Assembly: GCA_964357975.1 (NCBI GenBank)
Contig: CAYHNG010000004.1
Span: 6,380-70,379 of the forward strand
Direction: 5' to 3'
From: an uncultured Pseudomonadales bacterium
GTDB lineage: Bacteria; Patescibacteriota; Microgenomatia; UBA1400; MFAQ01
Length of the DNA: 64,000 nt
Shown: positions 57,713 to 64,000 of the stretch, piece after piece
How positions within the stretch are numbered: position 1 is the stretch's first letter
Layout of the letters: each line of letters starts with the position of its first letter
Position numbers and translations under genes: made by a program
Notes under the pieces: model-generated
The model's database searches: none
Told to the model about the DNA's origin: nothing
What the model saw: the letters and a program-made list of their open reading frames with translations, nothing else

Positions 57713-58533
57713 AAATCAACTCTGAAAAATCGGAAATGACTTTCAATTTAGAAAGATTGGCAGAAACTTCAAATTCTCTCGTACTTGTCACAGCCGCCAA
57801 TATGTTAATTGAGAATTCAGCTGTTACGATTCAGCCTTCAAAAGAAGTAACTGAAAAACTTCTTTCTCTTTTAGATGCACTCGAGGAAATGCCTGCAATA
57901 AACGCCTTTGCAATTGAAGGGGTCAGAGGTTCTGGTAAAACGACTCAGATCGGTCTTCTCGAAAACGGTGATTTTGCTGTCTCAGGAAGCCGGTTAATAA
58001 CTCCACTATATACAGATTTTATTCAGCCTCAGAAAAAAGACGTGTACATGACGATGTTTGGAGGAGAGGGAAGACCCACCGGAAGCATCATTGACTCACT
58101 AATAATCGCCGCTTTTCACGCTGATCGGTTAACAAGAGTTCAGGCTATCAGTTATAACAAGCCCTTATTGATTGATAGACATTGGCTTTCATTTTATGCC
58201 ATTGAGAGGGCTAAAATGATCCAATCCGGGTTAGATGCTGAAATAGCTGAAAACATTGTCGCCAAAATTGTAACGACTTGGAACCAGGTTAATCTTACCT
58301 TAGTACTTCATAATGTTCTCGTAGCTGTCGGTGAAAATAGAATCATACAACGTGGAGAGGCGGTTCGAAGTGAAAACGAAATACAGATTGAGACTCTAGT
58401 ATCAGAGACGATTGAACTCTTTTGTGGCGGAAAATCCCTCATACCCAAATTTAACAATACCACCAAATTTTTTGATGCCCAAAAATCTGCCGAGGTTTTG
58501 CACGAAGAAATTAAACAGTACTTTATAAAATGA
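57709..58533 (+). CDS. thymidylate-kinase-family (d)NMP kinase with N-terminal extension
   Basis: FAIEGVRGSGKTTQIGLL (Tmk P-loop IEG.DGSGKTTQ) and LLIDRHWLSFYAIE (Tmk DR..S..YQ motif). ATGA overlap with the preceding stop. Confidence 0.55.
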   Translation: MKINSEKSEMTFNLERLAETSNSLVLVTAANMLIENSAVTIQPSKEVTEKLLSLLDALEEMPAINAFAIEGVRGSGKTTQIGLLENGDFAVSGSRLITPLYTDFIQPQKKDVYMTMFGGEGRPTGSIIDSLIIAAFHADRLTRVQAISYNKPLLIDRHWLSFYAIERAKMIQSGLDAEIAENIVAKIVTTWNQVNLTLVLHNVLVAVGENRIIQRGEAVRSENEIQIETLVSETIELFCGGKSLIPKFNNTTKFFDAQKSAEVLHEEIKQYFIK

Positions 58534-59177
58534 AAAAAATAGAACTTGAAATTGACGAACTAAAAAAACGTTGGAACGAACGAGCATCAAGTTGGGATAA
58601 TGACTTAAAAGATCCGGAGCATTATTCAAATTTTGAACATTCTTATGAAAGAACCGATAGATTCACTTTAAAATATTTAAATCAGATATTTTCAATTAAT
58701 AAAGCAAATAATTCTCTCGATTTAGGATGTGGTACGGGAGAAAGTACTGTGAAACTAATACCTTATGCCCACAATATTTTTGGGGTAGATATCTCCGGAA
58801 ATATGATCCTAAATGCTATTTCAAAAAAATATCCCATCGAATTTACCTGTCAAAACGCAATGTCATTAAGCTTCCCAGATCAAATGTTTGATCTGGTAAT
58901 ATCTCGCGGCATCATGATCTCCCATGTACCTCTTGGGGGACAGGAAGATGTTGTTAGGGAAGTTGCCAGAATCACCCATAAGGGATCTGTAATCATCCTT
59001 GACTTTCTTCACGATATCGAAACAAAGAAGAAATATACAAAGTATTCTTCACCAAAAGCGCATTATAATGAAGAATCGATTATTTTACTTCTTAAGAGTG
59101 TGAATATAACGGGTAAATATTATTATGGTGGCACAAAAACCGAACGAGTAAATCGTATAGCAATTATTCGAGATTAA
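58530..59177 (+). CDS. class I SAM-dependent methyltransferase
   Basis: Motif I LDLGCGTGEST, and post-I LVISRGIMISHVP. Start overlaps the preceding stop. Confidence 0.65.
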   Translation: MKKIELEIDELKKRWNERASSWDNDLKDPEHYSNFEHSYERTDRFTLKYLNQIFSINKANNSLDLGCGTGESTVKLIPYAHNIFGVDISGNMILNAISKKYPIEFTCQNAMSLSFPDQMFDLVISRGIMISHVPLGGQEDVVREVARITHKGSVIILDFLHDIETKKKYTKYSSPKAHYNEESIILLLKSVNITGKYYYGGTKTERVNRIAIIRD

Positions 59178-59178
59178 A

Positions 59179-59736
59179 ATGAAACAAATTCACTTCGCTA
59201 CAACTAATGAATATAAAATCAAATTTGCTAACAATCTTTTAAGAACTCATGACTGGGAATGTGTACCAGGAAAAGTAAATTTAATTGAGCCGCAATCAAT
59301 GACACAAGAAGAAATATCCCAATACAAAGTGTTACAGGCATATGAGCAATTAAAAGTTCCTGTAATTACAATGGATTCAGGAATTTTTATTAGTGCTCTA
59401 AAAGGATTCCCAGGCATATACACTGCTGATTTTTTCAAATCTCTGAATAATGACCAGATTCTTCAGCTAATGGAAAAAGAATCTGACCGCAGCGCTTATA
59501 TCCAGCAAACATTATCGATAAATAACGGCGAGGAAATAAAATCTTTCACTAGTAAATCAGAAGGAGTCATTGTTCAATCTACGGAGGCAGGCGAAGGTTA
59601 CGCTTTCGACGCTTTTTTTAAACCAAATATTACAGGTAAGATAATGGCTAAGATGACAGAAGGTGAAAAGAGTTTAATCTGGGGTGAAGCGTGGAACAAA
59701 TTGGGTGATTTCCTAAACAGCTCATCATTACAATAG
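59179..59736 (+). CDS. Ham1/ITPase-family NTP pyrophosphatase (second paralog)
   Basis: IHFATTNEYKIKFA and VITMDSGIFISALKGFPGIYTADF match RdgB motifs. It starts 1 nt after the methyltransferase stop. Confidence 0.6.
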   Translation: MKQIHFATTNEYKIKFANNLLRTHDWECVPGKVNLIEPQSMTQEEISQYKVLQAYEQLKVPVITMDSGIFISALKGFPGIYTADFFKSLNNDQILQLMEKESDRSAYIQQTLSINNGEEIKSFTSKSEGVIVQSTEAGEGYAFDAFFKPNITGKIMAKMTEGEKSLIWGEAWNKLGDFLNSSSLQ

Positions 59737-59789
59737 TTTATTTAAACTCTTCGGGTATTTTAGGGTGATTTGGCGTATAATAAACAGTC

Positions 59790-62714
59790 ATGTCCGGCAC
59801 ATCACCTTCCACTCATTTGATCATCAAGGGAGCTCGTCAGCATAACCTCAAGAACATCAATCTGACACTACCCAAGAACAAACTCGTCGTTTTCACCGGT
59901 GTTTCGGGTAGCGGAAAGTCCAGCATGGCCCACGATACCATCTACGCTGAAGGTCAACGACGCTATGTCGAGTCTCTCTCCTCCTATGCGCGACAATTTT
60001 TAGGGGTCATGGACAAGCCCGATGTCGATCAGATTGAAGGACTTTCCCCGGCCATCCTCATCGACCAAAAGCAGGGGAGCCACAATCCTCGCAGTACCGT
60101 CGGCACCGTCACCGAGATCTATGACTATCTCCGTCTTCTCTTTGCCCGTATTGGGCACCCTCACTGCCCCCAATGCGGTCGTGAAATCATGCCTCAGGAT
60201 ATTAACCAAATCTACAAAGCGGTCATCGATCTGGCCGTCAGTCACCCCAGCTATCAAAAGCAAAAGGGTGTGCGTTTACTAATCCTGGCTCCCATTGTCA
60301 AAAATCAGAAAGGTGAATTCAAAGAGCTTTTTCCGGGCTTGGTCAAGCAGGGGATAGCCGAAGTCAGAGTCGACCGCAAAATCCTCTCCACTCAATCCAC
60401 CCTTTCTCTCTTCAAAAATAATCGACACAATGTCGAGGCCGTTATCGACAAGATCATCATTGGCCAGGTCGGTGGTAGTCCGGAGTATGAAAAACAAAGA
60501 TTGGTCGATTCTTTAGAACAAGCTCTCAAAATTTCCGATGGCGAAGTCTATGTCAGCATTGTAATCGATCCTTCGCTTTCCTTTCCCACCGATCCTGAAG
60601 ATATGGAAGATCATTTGTTCTCTCAGAAGCTCGCTTGTCCGATCGACAACATATCTATACCCGAAATAGAACCACGTTATTTTTCTTTCAATGCTCCCGA
60701 GGGCGCCTGTCCGGAATGCACCGGACTAGGAACCAAAATGGTCTTGGACACTGACTCGGTTGTATCTCCTTCATTAAGTTTTCTTGAGGGTGCCATTATT
60801 CCTCTGGCTTCTCAATTCGAAAGCAGAACCTGGTTAGCTAAATTAATTCTTGAAGCCATGGAATCAGTGGGCTTTCCTGGAAACAAACCTCTCTTTGATA
60901 TGACGGAAGAACAAAAGAATTTTCTCTTTAAAGGCACCGCCGAAAAAAACTTTTCCATCAAGGGCATTAACCGGCACGGCAAGCACGTCCTTCGAAGGAT
61001 GACCTTTGGTGGACTTTCCAAAGAGTTCGAGAGACGCTATGAAGAGTCTTCTTCGGAATCTTTTAAGGAAGAAATCTCCAAGTATTTAATCCGCAAAACC
61101 TGCCCGGTTTGTTTTGGAACCCGTCTCAAGCCGGAAGTCTTGGCCGTTCACGTAGACAACCAATCAATTAGTGAGATTACCTCTTGGTCAACCGCCAAAT
61201 CTTTCACTTTTTTCCAAGATTTATTCAAAAAACTTACAGCCACCGAAAAGCAAATCAGTGAGCCAATTGTCAAGGAAATCGGGGATCGGCTAAGTTTCCT
61301 AATGTCCGTTGGGCTTGACTATATTACTTTGGCTCGGGAATCCGGCACTCTTTCCGGTGGTGAGCTTCAAAGAATTCGTCTGGCTAGCCAAATTGGTTCT
61401 CGACTAACCGGCATTCTCTATGTTTTAGACGAGCCCACCATTGGCTTACACCAGCGCGACAACGCTAAACTTATCAAAACTCTTCAGGACCTCGTATCGC
61501 TCGGAAATTCCTTAGTTGTTGTTGAGCACGATCAACAAACCATGGAGTGTGCTGATCACATCGTCGAATTTGGACCAAAAGCGGGTTATTTGGGTGGAAA
61601 GATTACTTTTGAAGGTACGGTGGAAGAGATGAAAACTTCTGACTGTCTTACTGGACAATATCTTTCCGGCAAGAAAGCCGTTGTCGCCACAATACCGAAA
61701 GAACCCACAGAAAGTCCGGCTTCCATTCGGCTTACCGGCTGCACTCACCACAATTTAAAAAACATTGAGGTTGATTTTCCCCTGAACAAATTTGTTGCGG
61801 TTACCGGCGTTTCCGGATCAGGAAAATCATCACTGGTGGTAGACACTTTGTATGAAGCTCTGTCTCAAAAACTTAACCCTTTACACCATAAAGAAGATAT
61901 TCAATTTGGCACTATCACTATTCCGGATATTGTCAGAAGGGTTTCTTTGATAGACCAAAGTCCCATCGGCAAAACTCCCAGAAGTAATCCGGCTACCTAT
62001 ACCAAAGTCTTCGACTATATTAGACAGTTATTTGCCAACACCCAAGAAGCCAGATATCGCGGATACGGACCTGGACGTTTTAGTTTTAATGTCAAAGGCG
62101 GCCGCTGCGAAACCTGCGAGGGAGATGGTCAGATTAAAATTGAGATGCAGTTTCTAGGTGACATCTATATTACGTGCGAAACCTGCAAAGGCACCCGTTT
62201 TAATGATCCTACTTTGGAAGTTGAATACAAAGGTAAAAATATTGCTCAGGTTCTTGGTATGACTATGGACGAAGCCAGTGACTTTTTTAGAAACGTCCCC
62301 GCGATCAACAAAAAAATTGAAACTATTAAAAAAGTTGGACTTGGATATATCAAGTTGGGACAAAGCGCCCCTACACTTTCAGGGGGAGAGGCCCAGCGTG
62401 TCAAGTTGGCCACCGAACTCGCCAAAACCGGTAGTGGTCACACGGTTTATATCCTCGACGAACCCACCACCGGACTTCACTTTGAAGACCTTAGTAAGCT
62501 CGTTCAGACCCTCGTTGACTTGGTCAATCAAAATAATACGGTTATTGTTATCGAACATAATCTAGACGTTATCAAGAATGCCGACTATATTATTGACATT
62601 GGGCCTGAGGGAGGAGATTTGGGAGGTGAACTGATTGCCAAAGGTAAACCATCTCATGTTTCCGCAAAATACGACACCCCAACGGCTCAAGAGTTAAAAA
62701 AGCTAGTCTTCTAA
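59790..62714 (+). CDS. uvrA: excinuclease ABC subunit A
   Basis: Two ABC modules ([12 protein letters not shown] ; [12 protein letters not shown]), LSGGE signatures, and zinc-finger cysteines (CPQCGREI ; CPECTGLG ; [14 protein letters not shown]). Confidence 0.95.
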   Translation: MSGTSPSTHLIIKGARQHNLKNINLTLPKNKLVVFTGVSGSGKSSMAHDTIYAEGQRRYVESLSSYARQFLGVMDKPDVDQIEGLSPAILIDQKQGSHNPRSTVGTVTEIYDYLRLLFARIGHPHCPQCGREIMPQDINQIYKAVIDLAVSHPSYQKQKGVRLLILAPIVKNQKGEFKELFPGLVKQGIAEVRVDRKILSTQSTLSLFKNNRHNVEAVIDKIIIGQVGGSPEYEKQRLVDSLEQALKISDGEVYVSIVIDPSLSFPTDPEDMEDHLFSQKLACPIDNISIPEIEPRYFSFNAPEGACPECTGLGTKMVLDTDSVVSPSLSFLEGAIIPLASQFESRTWLAKLILEAMESVGFPGNKPLFDMTEEQKNFLFKGTAEKNFSIKGINRHGKHVLRRMTFGGLSKEFERRYEESSSESFKEEISKYLIRKTCPVCFGTRLKPEVLAVHVDNQSISEITSWSTAKSFTFFQDLFKKLTATEKQISEPIVKEIGDRLSFLMSVGLDYITLARESGTLSGGELQRIRLASQIGSRLTGILYVLDEPTIGLHQRDNAKLIKTLQDLVSLGNSLVVVEHDQQTMECADHIVEFGPKAGYLGGKITFEGTVEEMKTSDCLTGQYLSGKKAVVATIPKEPTESPASIRLTGCTHHNLKNIEVDFPLNKFVAVTGVSGSGKSSLVVDTLYEALSQKLNPLHHKEDIQFGTITIPDIVRRVSLIDQSPIGKTPRSNPATYTKVFDYIRQLFANTQEARYRGYGPGRFSFNVKGGRCETCEGDGQIKIEMQFLGDIYITCETCKGTRFNDPTLEVEYKGKNIAQVLGMTMDEASDFFRNVPAINKKIETIKKVGLGYIKLGQSAPTLSGGEAQRVKLATELAKTGSGHTVYILDEPTTGLHFEDLSKLVQTLVDLVNQNNTVIVIEHNLDVIKNADYIIDIGPEGGDLGGELIAKGKPSHVSAKYDTPTAQELKKLVF

Positions 62715-62715
62715 A

Positions 62716-64000
62716 TTGCCATATAAAATTACTACCACTTTCTTAATATTTCTAGGAATTCTTTTTCTAATTTTTCCCGAAAAATCTTTGGCGTTGGCCA
62801 AGTTTAATACCAACTATCAGATTTACTATCAAGTAGAAGATACGGGTAAGACTCACGTCAAATTTGTCATCAATCAAAAAAACAACTTATCTGTTGTTTA
62901 TGCGACCAATTACGGCTTGAGTGTCAACGAGACTAAGATCGAAAACATTAAGGTCATGGATGAGGGTAATCCTGTTTCTCCTGATGTAATCAAAAGTCTC
63001 AACCAAACCTCAATATCCTTTCCTTTCACTAGTAAGATTGTGGGAAAAGATAAAAACCACACTTTCACCATTGAATACAACACAACTGATATAACGACCA
63101 AGTCAGGCAACACCTGGCAAATTGACATTCCTCGTTTAGAACCTGATGAAAATGTTACAGAGCAGACCGTCATTCTAACTGTCCCGTCGGGATTTGCACC
63201 GCCGGCATATATCGACCCCAAGCCCGACATTATCAATGGAAATGTCTACTACTTCAGTGGCCAAAAAATCGCCAACAAATCCATTAGTGCTATCTTTGGA
63301 AAAACTCAGTACTATCAGGGTAAACTCAACTATCATTTGGTCAATAACGAAAGAGAGAAGCTTCGGACGGAGATTGCTCTACCACCCGATACTTCTTATC
63401 AAACGGTTTTTTATCAAAGCATCAATCCTCCACCGGAGGAAATTGTCAGTGATCGAGACGGAAACTATCTAGCAAAATATACTCTTGCACCCGGTGAAAA
63501 AAAGGATATTCTGGTAAATCTGGTCGTCAAACTCGACTTTATTCCCAAACCCACGAATCTTCAGCCTTCGGATAATATGATATTAAAAAATTCTATTTGG
63601 AACTATGACAATGGGGCTTTTGACATTCCAGAGATAAGAAGCCTAAAAACTCCCAAATCAATCTATGACTACGTCACCGATAAACTGAAATACGACTACG
63701 AAAAACTGAATCGCGAAAGACCTACAAGATCGCCTGCAGCCGAATCTCTCATCAATAGCCAGAGTGCTATCTGTACCGATTTTACCAATATCTTTGTCTC
63801 GATCGCCAGAAAGTCAGGCATTCCATCGCGGGAATTGGAAGGCTACGCCATCTCCGAAAACCCGGATCTAAAACCATTATCTCTGACTCAAGATGTTCTT
63901 CATGCATGGCCAGAATACTTTGACAAAACAAAAAGTACCTGGACTCAAATCGATCCGACTTGGGCCAACACTACAAGAGGCATTGATTATTTTAATAAGC
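62716..64000 (+). CDS. secreted transglutaminase-like cysteine protease-fold protein (3' partial, continues past the window end)
   Basis: Open frame from the TTG at 62716 to the window end, with no stop. It is absent from the supplied ORF track, probably for that reason. N-terminal hydrophobic segment FLIFLGILFLIF. Core SAICTDFTNIFVSIARKSGIPSRELEGYA...HAWPEYF...WTQIDPTW gives a Cys-His-Asp transglutaminase-like triad. Confidence 0.5.
   Translation, partial: MPYKITTTFLIFLGILFLIFPEKSLALAKFNTNYQIYYQVEDTGKTHVKFVINQKNNLSVVYATNYGLSVNETKIENIKVMDEGNPVSPDVIKSLNQTSISFPFTSKIVGKDKNHTFTIEYNTTDITTKSGNTWQIDIPRLEPDENVTEQTVILTVPSGFAPPAYIDPKPDIINGNVYYFSGQKIANKSISAIFGKTQYYQGKLNYHLVNNEREKLRTEIALPPDTSYQTVFYQSINPPPEEIVSDRDGNYLAKYTLAPGEKKDILVNLVVKLDFIPKPTNLQPSDNMILKNSIWNYDNGAFDIPEIRSLKTPKSIYDYVTDKLKYDYEKLNRERPTRSPAAESLINSQSAICTDFTNIFVSIARKSGIPSRELEGYAISENPDLKPLSLTQDVLHAWPEYFDKTKSTWTQIDPTWANTTRGIDYFNK

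Noticed and set aside
1-64000. CRISPR arrays, rRNA genes, transposases and integrases
   Set aside because: No regularly spaced direct repeats. No rRNA-like conserved segments. No transposase or integrase motifs (DDE, tyrosine-recombinase R..H..R..Y) were seen in any ORF.

Overview
This window is a gene-dense, low-GC (roughly 38-50% by eye) bacterial chromosomal segment. I infer it probably comes from a small-genome lineage such as CPR/Patescibacteria. The clues are ribosomal protein L19 with a Lys-rich tail, a ClpB that natively lacks its N-domain, minimal versions of several enzymes, and many secreted hypothetical proteins. Recognisable housekeeping genes are clpB, galU, an ABC-F ATPase, gatC/gatA/gatB, dnaE, rplS, an NrtR-like Nudix regulator, a DipZ/DsbD-like redox protein, a PQQ-dependent sugar dehydrogenase, tRNA-Glu and tRNA-Lys, ruvC/ruvA/ruvB, a DEAD-box helicase, a P-type ATPase, a pncB-like NAPRTase, mgtC, two paralogous phosphohexomutases, a PGI/PMI SIS isomerase, ppsA, eno, gpmI, rsmI, lexA, uvrB and uvrA. 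A transglutaminase-like gene runs off the 3' end.

The most striking region is a ~9.3 kb lower-GC block inserted between uvrB and uvrA (about 50.4-59.8 kb). Its core is a tightly coupled nine-gene operon (53588-59736): QueD-like, QueE-like, FolE, a Gpt-type phosphoribosyltransferase, a P-loop kinase, an FAD oxidoreductase, a thymidylate-kinase-like kinase, a SAM methyltransferase and a Ham1/ITPase. No queC, tgt or dpdA is visible in the window. The operon is flanked, divergently, by an NDT-like/ribbon-helix-helix fusion, a nucleotidyltransferase, two Nudix hydrolases and a methyltransferase-like protein. This looks like a previously undescribed pathway that makes a 7-deazapurine at the nucleotide level, starting from CDG (7-carboxy-7-deazaguanine) rather than preQ0.

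Secondary points of interest:
- a dispersed hairpin-repeat family;
- an AT-rich accessory stretch next to the tRNAs;
- a candidate NrtR operator upstream of pncB;
- a motif shared upstream of ppsA and eno;
- several near-consensus sigma70 promoters.
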